DNA from: a virus
Taxonomy: Duplodnaviria; Caudoviricetes
Reading direction: 5' to 3' (one strand)
DNA length: 59,701 nucleotides
Virus record (IMG/VR): IMGVR_UViG_3300028592_000011
Location: 1 to 59,701 of that record
Part shown: positions 1 to 9,571 of the stretch, one piece after another
Numbering within the stretch: position 1 is the first letter of the stretch
Layout: each line of letters starts with the position of its first letter
Notes under the pieces: model-generated
The model's database searches: none
What the model was told of the DNA's origin: nothing
What the model saw: the letters and a program-made list of their open reading frames with translations, nothing else
Position numbers and translations under genes: made by a program

Positions 1-111
1 CATGTCTCCAGAATTCAGGTTCGCAACATGTGCATGTGCACACGCCCAATCGCATCGCGATTTGCTGTGAGCGCGTGCGGCATTTCGATCTGATCGCATT
101 GCGATAAACCG

Positions 112-495
112 ATGGCCCGTCACTCTCAATCCCGCGAAGTCGCAGAACTGAAAGGCGCGACGCGGAAACATCCAGAGCGCTACCGCAAGACGCCGCCGGC
201 CGTCGAGCAGCCGCTGGGAACGGCGCCCGCTCACATGAGCGATGAGGCGCAGAAGTGCTGGTTCGAGCTCGAATCGCTGGCGCCGACGGGCGTGTTGAAG
301 GGCGCTGACCGCGTGGCGTTGGAAACGCTCGCGAATCTGCTGGCCGAGTATCGGAAGAACCCGCCCGAGTTCGCGGCCGGCAAGTACACGCACATGATCG
401 GCATGCTGGCACGTTTGGGCATGACGCCTGCGGATAGGCAGAAGCTTGGCACCGAGAAGCCAGAAGACAACGGCAACGAGTTCGACGCCTTCTGA
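112..495 (+). CDS. terS: Terminase small subunit (P27-like)
   Basis: Directly upstream of terL; C-terminal LGMTPADR motif. Confidence 0.85.
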   Translation: MARHSQSREVAELKGATRKHPERYRKTPPAVEQPLGTAPAHMSDEAQKCWFELESLAPTGVLKGADRVALETLANLLAEYRKNPPEFAAGKYTHMIGMLARLGMTPADRQKLGTEKPEDNGNEFDAF

Positions 496-2152
496 TCTCG
501 CGAAGAAGTACGCCGACGATGTCCTTGCCGGGAGGATTGTTGCTGGAAAGTACGTGCGGCTCGCGTGCGAGCGCTTCGTTCGGGATCTCGCGCGCCAGGA
601 CTGGGCGTATCGCTTCGATGAGGCGGCAGCGAACAAGGCCTGCAACTTCATGCAGCTCATGCCGCACACGAAGGGCAAGTGGGCGGCGAAGAAAGAGCGA
701 CTGGTCTTTCAGGCATGGCAGTGCTTCATTGAGTGCAACCTGTTCGGCTGGCTGCACCGTGAGACCGGGAAGCGCCGGTTTCGAGAGAGTTATGAAGAGG
801 TTCCGAGGAAGAACGGCAAGTCTCTGAGGCTTGCGGCCCGCGGCATCTACCTGTTCTGCGCGGATGGTGAGTCCGGCGCGGAAGTTTACTCCGGCGCGAC
901 CACCGAGAAGCAGGCGCACGAAGTCTTTCGGCCTGCGTGGCAAATGGTGCAGAAGCTGCCGAAGTTGCGCGAGCGATTCGGCATCGATCAGGCCGGGAAT
1001 CCCAAGAACCCCGGCCCGATGTATGTCACGGAGGACATGAGCAAGTTCGAGCCACTGATCGGCAAGCCCGGCGATGGTTCGAGTCCGCATGCAGCGCTGG
1101 TAGACGAATACCACGAGCACGACACCGATCACATGGTCGATGCCATGCAGACGGGCATGGGTGCTCGAGAGCAGCCGCTGTTGTCGATCATCACGACGGC
1201 CGGCTCGAATCTCGGCGGGCCGTGTTACGAGAAGCGCCGGGACATCATTCGAATCCTTGAGCGGCAGGTCGAAGACGAGACGATCTTCGGCATCCTGTAC
1301 GGCCTTGACGAGGACGATGAGTGGCAGGACCCGCGCAGCCTGCAGAAAGCCAATCCGAACTACGGGATCTCTGTATTCCCTGAGTTCCTGCTGGCGCAGC
1401 TGGAGCAAGCGAAGCGCTCAGCATCGAAGCAAAACGCGTTCCGGACGAAGCACCTGAACGAGTGGGTCGGGGCGCGAACCGTATGGATGAACATGCTCGC
1501 CTGGCAACGCCAGAAGCGAACCATGGTCGTCGAGGACTTTCGCGGCGTCCCGTGCTGGATGGGCGTCGACCTTGCCAGCAAATTGGACGTGGCCGCACTG
1601 GTGATGCTGTTCGAGCGTGGCCAGGAGTCGTTCTGCATCCCGCGGTTCTACGTTCCCGAGGCGGCGCTCGAAGAGAACGACAAGTACCGCCAGTTTGCGA
1701 CCAGCGGCGATCTGATCGTGACGCCGGGCGCACAGACCGATATCGCGTTCATCGAGGAAGACATCAAACGGTTCGCGTCGATCGTGAGTCTGCAGGATGC
1801 CGGCTTCGATGACTGGCAGGCGAACGACCTCATGAACCGCCTTCAGAGCACGAGCCTGAAGGACAAGGTGGTCAACTTCAATCAGACGGTGCGCAACATG
1901 AGCGAGCCGATGAAGGAAGTTGAGGCACGCGTGATCAGCCGTCGACTCTGGCACGACGGGAACCCGGTGATGACGTGGATGATGGGCAACGTCGCGGCGA
2001 AGATCGACGCGAAAGAGAACATCTATCCGCGCAAGGAAAACGAGAACGACCCGAGATGCAAGATCGATGGCCCGGTTGCGCTCATAACCGCGATGGGGCG
2101 AGCGCTCGTGACGAGAGAGCCCGATAAAAAATATCAGATGATTTTCGTCTGA
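446..2152 (+). CDS. terL: Terminase large subunit
   Basis: Walker A VPRKNGKS, Walker B LVDEYH, ITTAG, GVDLAS nuclease motif, KIDGPVA. Confidence 0.97.
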   Translation: MAPRSQKTTATSSTPSDLAKKYADDVLAGRIVAGKYVRLACERFVRDLARQDWAYRFDEAAANKACNFMQLMPHTKGKWAAKKERLVFQAWQCFIECNLFGWLHRETGKRRFRESYEEVPRKNGKSLRLAARGIYLFCADGESGAEVYSGATTEKQAHEVFRPAWQMVQKLPKLRERFGIDQAGNPKNPGPMYVTEDMSKFEPLIGKPGDGSSPHAALVDEYHEHDTDHMVDAMQTGMGAREQPLLSIITTAGSNLGGPCYEKRRDIIRILERQVEDETIFGILYGLDEDDEWQDPRSLQKANPNYGISVFPEFLLAQLEQAKRSASKQNAFRTKHLNEWVGARTVWMNMLAWQRQKRTMVVEDFRGVPCWMGVDLASKLDVAALVMLFERGQESFCIPRFYVPEAALEENDKYRQFATSGDLIVTPGAQTDIAFIEEDIKRFASIVSLQDAGFDDWQANDLMNRLQSTSLKDKVVNFNQTVRNMSEPMKEVEARVISRRLWHDGNPVMTWMMGNVAAKIDAKENIYPRKENENDPRCKIDGPVALITAMGRALVTREPDKKYQMIFV

Positions 2153-2370
2153 TCGCTCACCGATCCATCTGCATGACGCCTGTAATGGTGTCGAACTGAA
2201 AGCTCAGCGACCCGGGAACCATCCGGGAATAGGTAAACGATCCGGCCGTCGGCGAGGCATAGATCCTTCCGATGATCGGTCCCGCCACGGACGAGGACTG
2301 CGATGACATCCAGCCCCGTCTGTTGCGCGAGCTTACGAGTGTTCTTCTGACTCATGAGTTGGCGTGCCAT
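2134..2370 (-). CDS. Hypothetical protein inserted antisense in head operon
   Basis: Fills the terL-protease gap; protein-like composition. Confidence 0.5.
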   Translation of the reverse strand: MARQLMSQKNTRKLAQQTGLDVIAVLVRGGTDHRKDLCLADGRIVYLFPDGSRVAELSVRHHYRRHADGSVSDQTKII

Positions 2371-2386
2371 AGGCCGCTGATCTTAC

Positions 2387-2410
2387 ACCCGCCCAACGAG
2401 GCGGGTTTTT
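2387..2410 (+). terminator. Intrinsic terminator-like hairpin
   Basis: ACCCGCC-caacga-GGCGGGT followed by T run. Confidence 0.65.
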
Positions 2411-2428
2411 CATTTCTGGAGACCGCAA

Positions 2429-3028
2429 ATGCTCAAGCGAGCGTACAGCTTGTTCGAGATCAAAGCTGCTGACGACGAAAAGCGCGAGCTGACTGGCATT
2501 GCGACGACACCGTCCGTGGACAGCTATGGCGACATCGTCGAGCCGAAAGGCGCGGAGTTCACACTGCCGATTCCGTTCCTGTGGCAGCACAACTCAAGCC
2601 AGCCAATCGGGCATGTGACGAATGCGAAGGTCACGAAGGACGGCATTGAAGTCGTCGTGAAGCTGGTCAGCACGGATGAGCCGGGCAAGCTCAAGGAGCG
2701 CTTGGACGAGGCTTGGCAGAGCATCAAGCTGAAACTCGTTCGTGGTCTTTCGATTGGCTTCTCGCCCATCGAATACTCGCGAATCGAAGAAACATACGCG
2801 TATCGGTACATCAAGTGGGCGTGGCGCGAATTGAGCGCGGTCACGATACCCGCAAACGAAGACGCGCAAATCATCACCGTAAAATCGATCAAGTCAATCG
2901 ACCGTCAGCTGCTGGCCGCGTCAGGCCGTGAGCAGCGTGGCGGCGTCGCCTTGATCAAATCTCACCCGGCGTCTCGGGAAACCACCGTCCGCAAACGCGG
3001 ACCCGTGCAAATCATCCCGAGGAAATAA
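2429..3028 (+). CDS. HK97-family prohead protease
   Basis: LWQH, GLSIGF and ELSAVTIPAN motifs. Confidence 0.93.
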   Translation: MLKRAYSLFEIKAADDEKRELTGIATTPSVDSYGDIVEPKGAEFTLPIPFLWQHNSSQPIGHVTNAKVTKDGIEVVVKLVSTDEPGKLKERLDEAWQSIKLKLVRGLSIGFSPIEYSRIEETYAYRYIKWAWRELSAVTIPANEDAQIITVKSIKSIDRQLLAASGREQRGGVALIKSHPASRETTVRKRGPVQIIPRK

Positions 3029-3030
3029 CC

Positions 3031-4449
3031 GTGAAGAAGACTCTCCAAGACCAGATCAAGGATCTGGAAAACACCCGTGCGGCGAAGGCGGCGCGCCTGG
3101 GCGAAATCACTCAGAAATCCATCGACGAAGAGCGTTCGATGGATGAGGAAGAGGCAACCGAGTTCGACGACCTGAGCGCCGATGTCGAGCAGGTCGACAA
3201 GGACCTCGTCCGCCTGCGCAAGCTGGAGACCTTGCAGGTGAAGTCGGCCGCTCGCGTCACTGTCGACGCTGGCGTGGATCCGGCAGCTGCTTCGAAACAG
3301 CGTGGCACCCCGCACATCGTGCCGCTGGATAAGAAACGCGACAAGGGCCTGGACTTCGCCCGATATGTTGGCTGCTTGGTGGCCGGCAAGGGCAGCATCT
3401 CGGACTCGCTTCAGTTCGCGAAAGGTCGTTTCAAAGACGACGCGATGCTGCACAAGGCGTTGGACCTGCGTAGTCGCATGAGTGCCGAGCAGATCGTGAA
3501 GACTGCTGTCGACATCGGCACGACCACCGACTCGGACTTCGCTTCGCCGTTGGTTTACTACGCCAACATGGTGAACGACTTCATCGACTTCCTGCGTCCT
3601 CAGACAATTGTCGGCCGCATTCCTGGTTTGCGTCAGGTCCCATTCGACATCCGCATGGCTCGACAGACTGCAGGCTCGACTGCGCAGTGGGTGGGTGAGG
3701 GCGCGCCGAAGCCGCTCAGCCGCCAATCGTTCGATGCCGTGACCTTGGGTCACACCAAGCTCGCAGTGATCACCGTGATCACGGAAGAGTTGGCGAGGTT
3801 CTCCAGCCCGTCTGCGGAGACTCTGATCCGTAATGACTTGGCTGCGGCCGTGATTGAGGCATCGGACTCCGACTTCGTGGATCCGGATAACGCCGGCTCT
3901 GCGAACGTGAAGCCGGCATCGATCATCAACGGTGTCTCGGCTGTCGGCAGCGGCGGTACGTCGGAAGCCGATGTTCGCAGCAACGTGAACACGATCATGT
4001 CGGAGTGGATCACCAACAACAAAGGCGTTGTCGGTGGAGTGTGGATCATGCCGACGGTCGTGGCGATGCGCCTGTCGACGATGGTCAATTCGCTGGGTCA
4101 GCCGTCGTTCCCGACCATCAGGGCGGATGGCGGTACGTTCTACGGCCTACCGGTGGTGACCTCGCAGTCGAACGGCCTGCTGAACGGCTCTGCCAACGGC
4201 AAGGTCGTGATTCTGGCGAACGCGCCGGAGATCCTGCTGGCGGATGACGGTCAGGTGTCGATCGACGTGAGTCGCGAGGCCTCTGTGCAGCTCGAAGACA
4301 CGCCGACCAATCCGGTGGTGGCCGCGACGGTTCTGGTCAGCCTCTGGCAGCAGAACCTGCTCGGCATCAAGGCAGAGCGTTACATCAACTGGACCAAGGC
4401 ACGCAGCACCTCCGCTTCGTGGCTGAACTCGGTCAACTGGGGCGAGTAA
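3031..4449 (+). CDS. Major capsid protein (HK97 fold, N-terminal delta domain)
   Basis: Coiled-coil N-terminus, WVGEG..KP motif, C-terminal WQQNLLGIKAER. Confidence 0.93.
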   Translation: MKKTLQDQIKDLENTRAAKAARLGEITQKSIDEERSMDEEEATEFDDLSADVEQVDKDLVRLRKLETLQVKSAARVTVDAGVDPAAASKQRGTPHIVPLDKKRDKGLDFARYVGCLVAGKGSISDSLQFAKGRFKDDAMLHKALDLRSRMSAEQIVKTAVDIGTTTDSDFASPLVYYANMVNDFIDFLRPQTIVGRIPGLRQVPFDIRMARQTAGSTAQWVGEGAPKPLSRQSFDAVTLGHTKLAVITVITEELARFSSPSAETLIRNDLAAAVIEASDSDFVDPDNAGSANVKPASIINGVSAVGSGGTSEADVRSNVNTIMSEWITNNKGVVGGVWIMPTVVAMRLSTMVNSLGQPSFPTIRADGGTFYGLPVVTSQSNGLLNGSANGKVVILANAPEILLADDGQVSIDVSREASVQLEDTPTNPVVAATVLVSLWQQNLLGIKAERYINWTKARSTSASWLNSVNWGE

Positions 4450-4465
4450 TCGTTCTGGGCAACGT

Positions 4466-4492
4466 GTGGCCGGGGACTTCAACCCCGGCCAC
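4466..4492 (+). terminator. Hairpin after capsid gene
   Basis: GTGGCCGGGG-acttcaa-CCCCGGCCAC, weak T tail. Confidence 0.55.
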
Positions 4493-4506
4493 CTTCTGAG
4501 GCTGCT

Positions 4507-4683
4507 ATGAAACTCATCGCGAACAAAGAGATGTACTACGCCGGCAGGATGCTCAAGGCCGAAGAGGAGTTCGAGTGTGAGGAGAAGTTTGTTGATGTTC
4601 TGATTCTCGTGAGTTCCGCGCGAAAGCCTAAGCAAGAGAAGCGCGGCTACAAGCGTCGCGACATGGTCGTCGAATCTCCGTGA
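4507..4683 (+). CDS. Small head-associated protein (58 aa, not in ORF track)
   Basis: Translated by hand: MKLIANKEMYYAGRMLKAEEEF...GYKRRDMVVESP; stop overlaps portal GTG. Confidence 0.7.
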   Translation: MKLIANKEMYYAGRMLKAEEEFECEEKFVDVLILVSSARKPKQEKRGYKRRDMVVESP

Positions 4684-6038
4684 ACGTCAAGACTCAGGTC
4701 GCTACGCTGTTTCGAAAAGCGGCCGGCATGCTTGCGCCTATCTCGGGCAGCACGTGGTCATGGTGGCCGCGCGTGCTCGAATCGTTCACGGGCGCCTGGC
4801 AGCAGAATGTCACTGTCGACCGCCCGACCGTTGTACAGAACTGGGCGGTGTTTTCGTGCGCGACGTTGATCGCGGGCGATATTGCGAAGATGCCGGCGGC
4901 GGTGATGGACTTCGACCGCGCACAGCGGATCTTCATTCCGACGCTGAACCGTCCGGTGCTGCGGCGTCCAAACCGCTATCAGACGTATGTTGACTTCATG
5001 CGGATGTGGGTACTGTCGTTGCTGCTCAATGGCAACACGTACGTGCTCAAGCAGCGCGATGACAATGGCTTCATCGTCGCTCTATACATCCTCGATCCCT
5101 GCCGAGTCACGCCACTCATTGCGGACGATGGAGGGATCTATTACCAGCTGAGCGAAGATCGCCTGTCACAGCTTGAGGAAAGCGTGGTTGTGCCTGCGAG
5201 CGAGATCATCCACGACCGACTATGGACGATCTATCACCCGCTGATCGGCGTGTCGCCGATATTTGCGTGTGGAGTCTCTGCCATGCAGGCAGCCGCGATC
5301 CAGCAGAACAGCGCTCTTTTCTTTCAGAACATGAGCCGGCCGAGCGGGATTCTCACTGCGCCCGGTTCGATTTCCGACGAAACCGCGACTCGATTGAAGA
5401 CAGCTTGGGAGGCGAACTACTCCGGCGCGAATGCCGGCAAGGTCGCAGTGCTCGGCGATAGCCTGACATACAGCGCGATGAGCATTACTGCCACTGATTC
5501 GCAGCTCATCGAGCAGCTGAAGTTCACCGGCGAGATGATCTGCGCCACGTTCCATGTGCCGCCGTACAAGCTGGGGCTCGGGCAGATGCCGACGGTCAAC
5601 AACGTCGCGGGCCTCAATCAGCAATACTACGACCAAGCGCTGCAGCCGCTCGTGGAGAACATCGAGCGCCGGCTGAAGGATGGCCTTGAGGTGAGCGATC
5701 CATCCGAAGTATGGCTGGACGAAGGCGTCTTGCTGCGTATGGACCCATCGACGCGCATGGACTCGCACATCAAGGCGATCAGCGGAGCACTGCTCGCGCC
5801 GAATGAAGCGCGGCGCATGGAGAACTGGGCACCGCAGGTAGGTGGCGACGTGCTGTATCTCCAGCAGCAGAATTTTAGCCTTGCGGCGCTGGCCAAACGT
5901 GACGCGAAGGACGACCCGTTTGCGAAGGAATCAAGCGTTGCGCCATCACCGGTGAGCCCGTCCGAAGAAGAGTTGGACAAGGCGTTTGCTGACGAACGAC
6001 GCGAATCTCCGCTTACGCTACGAAAGAAGGCTGCATAA
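4680..6038 (+). CDS. Portal protein (HK97 family)
   Basis: RRPNRYQT, LLLNGNTY, GVSPI, FHVPPYKLG and PNEARR motifs. Confidence 0.95.
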   Translation: MNVKTQVATLFRKAAGMLAPISGSTWSWWPRVLESFTGAWQQNVTVDRPTVVQNWAVFSCATLIAGDIAKMPAAVMDFDRAQRIFIPTLNRPVLRRPNRYQTYVDFMRMWVLSLLLNGNTYVLKQRDDNGFIVALYILDPCRVTPLIADDGGIYYQLSEDRLSQLEESVVVPASEIIHDRLWTIYHPLIGVSPIFACGVSAMQAAAIQQNSALFFQNMSRPSGILTAPGSISDETATRLKTAWEANYSGANAGKVAVLGDSLTYSAMSITATDSQLIEQLKFTGEMICATFHVPPYKLGLGQMPTVNNVAGLNQQYYDQALQPLVENIERRLKDGLEVSDPSEVWLDEGVLLRMDPSTRMDSHIKAISGALLAPNEARRMENWAPQVGGDVLYLQQQNFSLAALAKRDAKDDPFAKESSVAPSPVSPSEEELDKAFADERRESPLTLRKKAA

Positions 6039-6947
6039 ATGGACCTGAAGAGCTTCGCCGCCGTCGTGATGAAGCACGTTCGGGAGTATGTGCAGCCAGC
6101 GATCGATGAACTCGCACAGAGGATCGACGCGATTCCTGCTGGTAAAGATGGGCGCGACGGCATCGATGGGAAAGACGGTTCGGCAGGCCGTGACGGCATC
6201 GACGGCAAGGACGGAGCACCCGGCGAAAACGGCCGTGATGGCGTGGATGGCAGGGACGGATCGCCAGGAGAGCGAGGCGCTGACGGTAAGGACGGTCGTG
6301 ACGGTGTCGATGGAAAGGACGGCCAGCCTGGCGCGAATGGTCGCGATGGCGTTGACGGGAAGGATGGCGCACCCGGCGCGGATGGCAAGGACGGCCGCGA
6401 TGGCATCGATGGAAAGGATGGTGCTCCGGGCCTCAACGGTAAGGACGGCGTCAATGGAATCGCTGGGAAGGATGGTGAGCCGGGTCGCAATGGTATCGAT
6501 GGCAAGTCCGTCACTGTGGACGACGTGCTGCCTCATTTCGAGCAGGCGTTCACGAAGTGGGCGCTGGATTTCGAGCGCCGTGCGCAGGACATCCACACGC
6601 GATTGCTCGCGAGTTTTGATAAGCCGAAGGACGGCATCGATGGCACGAACGGCAAGGACGGCTCTGACGGCCTCGGCTTCGACGATATGCGCGTTGAGCA
6701 CGACGGTGAGCGCGCATTCACACTGATCTTCGAACGCGGCGAGCAGCGCAAAGAGTTCACGTTTCAGCTTCCTGTCGTGCTCGAGCGCGGCGTGTACAAA
6801 GCCGGCCAGGATTACGAGCGTGGCGACGGCGTGACGGCGGATGGCAGTTATTGGATCGCGCAGAAAGCCAAGCCGAGTGGCCGCCCTGGGCAGTCGCCGG
6901 ACTGGCGATTGAGCGTCAAGCGCGGCCGTGATGGGAAGGGCGCCTAA
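6039..6947 (+). CDS. Collagen-like (Gly-X-Y) head/neck fibre protein
   Basis: About 41 consecutive Gly-X-Y triplets; C-terminal Y..GD.VT..GS.W domain. Confidence 0.85.
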   Translation: MDLKSFAAVVMKHVREYVQPAIDELAQRIDAIPAGKDGRDGIDGKDGSAGRDGIDGKDGAPGENGRDGVDGRDGSPGERGADGKDGRDGVDGKDGQPGANGRDGVDGKDGAPGADGKDGRDGIDGKDGAPGLNGKDGVNGIAGKDGEPGRNGIDGKSVTVDDVLPHFEQAFTKWALDFERRAQDIHTRLLASFDKPKDGIDGTNGKDGSDGLGFDDMRVEHDGERAFTLIFERGEQRKEFTFQLPVVLERGVYKAGQDYERGDGVTADGSYWIAQKAKPSGRPGQSPDWRLSVKRGRDGKGA

Positions 6948-7303
6948 TGGCACTGATCACCACGGACCAAGCGCTGCTGCAAATCCGCGGTGGTGACGAA
7001 GTCGACGAGGACGAGTTGCAGGAGATGGTCGACGCCGCTTCCGCGATGGTCCTGAACTATCTCAAAAGCGCATCACCCTACGTTCCCGAGATCGACAGCA
7101 GCGGCGATCCAGTGGTCGACAGCTCGGGCGATACCGTCTACACCGAGAACGTCCGACCGGAAGTGCAGCAGGCCACCAAGATGCTGGTCGGCTACCTGTG
7201 GCGCAACCGTGACGAAAACGCAGATGGCGAGTTCGAGCGCGGCTATTTGCCGATGCCGGTGACAGCGATTCTCTATCCACTCAGACACCCAGCAATAGCA
7301 TGA
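6947..7303 (+). CDS. Head-tail connector (gp6-like)
   Basis: AAS..VLNYL, VQQA.KMLVGYLWRNR, LYPLR; position. Confidence 0.85.
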   Translation: MALITTDQALLQIRGGDEVDEDELQEMVDAASAMVLNYLKSASPYVPEIDSSGDPVVDSSGDTVYTENVRPEVQQATKMLVGYLWRNRDENADGEFERGYLPMPVTAILYPLRHPAIA

Positions 7304-7524
7304 ACGAAACAGTCAAGATTCTCCGCGCTTTCCGTCCTGGCGACGTGGTGTTTATCGAAGTTCCGGGTTCCCTGAGTTGCGAGGCTCACGCGAGGTATTC
7401 GGAGCATCTCAGTGCAGGACTGGAAGGAACGGGCGTGAAAGTCGTGATCCTTACAGAGGGGAGCCGCGTGGCCGCCGCTGAAGAGCATGTGGTAGCAACT
7501 GAAGAGAGTGCGGACACGAAGTGA
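7300..7524 (+). CDS. Hypothetical protein
   Basis: Overlap-coupled to both neighbours. Confidence 0.6.
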   Translation: MNETVKILRAFRPGDVVFIEVPGSLSCEAHARYSEHLSAGLEGTGVKVVILTEGSRVAAAEEHVVATEESADTK

Positions 7525-7871
7525 GCCTGTCTGCCGGCCGTCTGCGCCACAAAATCAAAATCCAAGAGCCGAGGCAGCAGCAGGACCCGAATACGGGCGC
7601 GATCCGCACGGTGTGGGTGGACTTCGCCACTGATGTCGCGGCTGAGATCGCGCCGCTGAGCGTGCGCGAGTTCATCGCGTCGAGCCAGATGCAGAGTCAG
7701 ATCACTGCGCGCATCACGATCCGATATCGCGCGGGACTCACGGCGCAGATGCGGATCCTGCAGCCGAGCACCGGGAAAATTTATAACCCAGCTGGATGGC
7801 TGGCGGATCCGGACAGCGGGCGCGAGTACGTGACCGCCCCGTGTAGCGAAGGCGCGAACGCGGGAGATTGA
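7521..7871 (+). CDS. Head closure / head-tail adaptor (SPP1 gp16-like)
   Basis: AGRLRHKIKIQ, PLSVREF, ITIRYR. Confidence 0.9.
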   Translation: MSLSAGRLRHKIKIQEPRQQQDPNTGAIRTVWVDFATDVAAEIAPLSVREFIASSQMQSQITARITIRYRAGLTAQMRILQPSTGKIYNPAGWLADPDSGREYVTAPCSEGANAGD

Positions 7872-8398
7872 TGGACTTCGTTGTGCTCGCCACTGGCCAG
7901 TCGGTAACGGCTGATCAGGTGGAGTACGTCCGCGAGATGCACGCGGTCGGGAAGTGTGGCGCCATTGCGATCTCCGACATGTACGAGCTTGCGCCATGGG
8001 CCGATGCGCTCGTGAGTCAGGACCCGAACTGGTGGGCAAACAATCCCGAAGCATCGGAGTTTACGGGCCGGAAGTTCTGCGGTGGCTTCCATCCGGGCAC
8101 CGAGCGGTTGGAGCAGACCAGCGAGTTCCATTCCGGGCCGAATAGCGGCCTGCAAGGAATGCGCGTGGCGAGAGACGTGTTCCGGGCGAGCCGCATTGTG
8201 CTGATCGGCTTCGATATGCACGGTACGCACTACTTTGGTCCGCATCCAGATCCGTTACCGAACACGACGCCCGAGCGATTTCTGGCGCACATGAGGCAGT
8301 TCGCCGCGTGGCGGTCTGGCCTAGCCATCAACTGCACGCCGGGTTCGGCGCTGAAATGGTTTCCAACAGGCGATCTGCGTGAAGTTCTACGTCCTTGA
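7871..8398 (+). CDS. Maf/DUF115/GT42-like putative glycosyltransferase, paralog 1
   Basis: VLATGQS, PWAD, NSGLQG, RIVLIGFDM, HYFG motif order resembles the sialyltransferase/Maf fold. Confidence 0.6.
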   Translation: MDFVVLATGQSVTADQVEYVREMHAVGKCGAIAISDMYELAPWADALVSQDPNWWANNPEASEFTGRKFCGGFHPGTERLEQTSEFHSGPNSGLQGMRVARDVFRASRIVLIGFDMHGTHYFGPHPDPLPNTTPERFLAHMRQFAAWRSGLAINCTPGSALKWFPTGDLREVLRP

Positions 8399-9272
8399 CG
8401 AGCGCCACGTTTGGTTTGAGCCGATCATCAAGTCGGCCAAGGCGCGAGGATACGACGCTCGCCGAATCTTTCGCGGCGAGGAAGTGAACACAGAGGGCGT
8501 CGGGTTCATTCGATGCCACGCTGAACCTCAGGCGCTGCAGAAAAACCAGCGCGACTACGACCTGATGGCCGCTCGCCTGACGATGGTTCAGGACGAGACG
8601 CAGGTCAGGCTGTACGAAGACAAGAGCGGGCAATCCGCGCGCTGGTCCGAATGGATGCCGCCGACATGGCGATTCACCGATCGCGACGAGGCGCTGCAGT
8701 TCTGCGAGCGGGACGCACCGTATCCGCTGGTCAGCAAGGCGGATGTCGGGGCGAGCTCGGTCAACGTTCGCATCCTGAAGGACAAGCACGAGGCGATTGC
8801 GCACGTCGCATCGTTATTCGCTGCGGGCGTTCCGGTGCATCACTGCGCCGGCAATGCGAAGTCGGTTCAGAAGGGCTACGCACTGCTCCAGCAGTTCATC
8901 CCGCACACGGTCACGTGGCGCGTGAATGCGGTCGGCACGAAGCGTGCGGCCTTCATGCGCTACTGCTACCCCGATAGACCGGTGGCGCAGACGGGGAACG
9001 TTGAGCCAGTCATGACCGTGACCTCGCAGGTCGAATCGCTGCTGGAGTTTTCCAACAGGTTCCTGGAAGCGGCGGACACCAGGTGGTGCGCCATCGACGT
9101 GCTTCAGAACGGCGATCAGTGGCGATTGCTGGAAACAAGTCTTGCATTTCCATGGCCGTCGCCGGGCCGGTGCAACGACGCGCCGTTTTTCGGCACGAAG
9201 CGGCGCTGGATAGACATATTCGACGTGATGCTTGACGAGATCGAGGCTGGAACGTGGCAGAAGAAGCAATAG
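8379..9272 (+). CDS. ATP-grasp (RimK-like) ligase
   Basis: EDK..Q, PPTW, YPLVSKADVGASS, LLQQFIP, AIDVL...LLE. Confidence 0.8.
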   Translation: MKFYVLDERHVWFEPIIKSAKARGYDARRIFRGEEVNTEGVGFIRCHAEPQALQKNQRDYDLMAARLTMVQDETQVRLYEDKSGQSARWSEWMPPTWRFTDRDEALQFCERDAPYPLVSKADVGASSVNVRILKDKHEAIAHVASLFAAGVPVHHCAGNAKSVQKGYALLQQFIPHTVTWRVNAVGTKRAAFMRYCYPDRPVAQTGNVEPVMTVTSQVESLLEFSNRFLEAADTRWCAIDVLQNGDQWRLLETSLAFPWPSPGRCNDAPFFGTKRRWIDIFDVMLDEIEAGTWQKKQ

Positions 9273-9571
9273 CGATAGCAACCCAGATCGCCGCACGCCG
9301 GCCGCTGTGGCGTCGATGCCTGTCGCGCGTGTTCGTCCTGTACATCGTTCTCAACATGGCGCTGTGCGCCGTCGTGTTCCTGCCGTGGGCGTTACCGCGA
9401 GAAACCATTTCCGGGCTGCTGGGCCGGTGGATCTCGACAGAGCAGGGATGGAAGCGCGTCGCTGGCCTGCTGCTGGGTGGGATTGCTGACCGTATCTATT
9501 GGTGGGAGCCCGATCACTGCGTCGAAGTCTACAAATGCGAGCATCGCGCGCGCGAGGTGCTGTACCCCTGA
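9254..9571 (+). CDS. Small membrane protein
   Basis: Hydrophobic segment; ETISG...ID...W..DHC pattern. Confidence 0.65.
   Translation: MAEEAIAIATQIAARRPLWRRCLSRVFVLYIVLNMALCAVVFLPWALPRETISGLLGRWISTEQGWKRVAGLLLGGIADRIYWWEPDHCVEVYKCEHRAREVLYP

Noticed and set aside
6141-6509. Repeat tract as a possible CRISPR or guide array
   Set aside because: Codon-level repeats with synonymous variation and no repeat-spacer structure; no array seen by eye elsewhere in the window
5627-6953. Long repetitive ORFs on the minus strand and alternative frames
   Set aside because: Shadows of the Gly-X-Y collagen repeat
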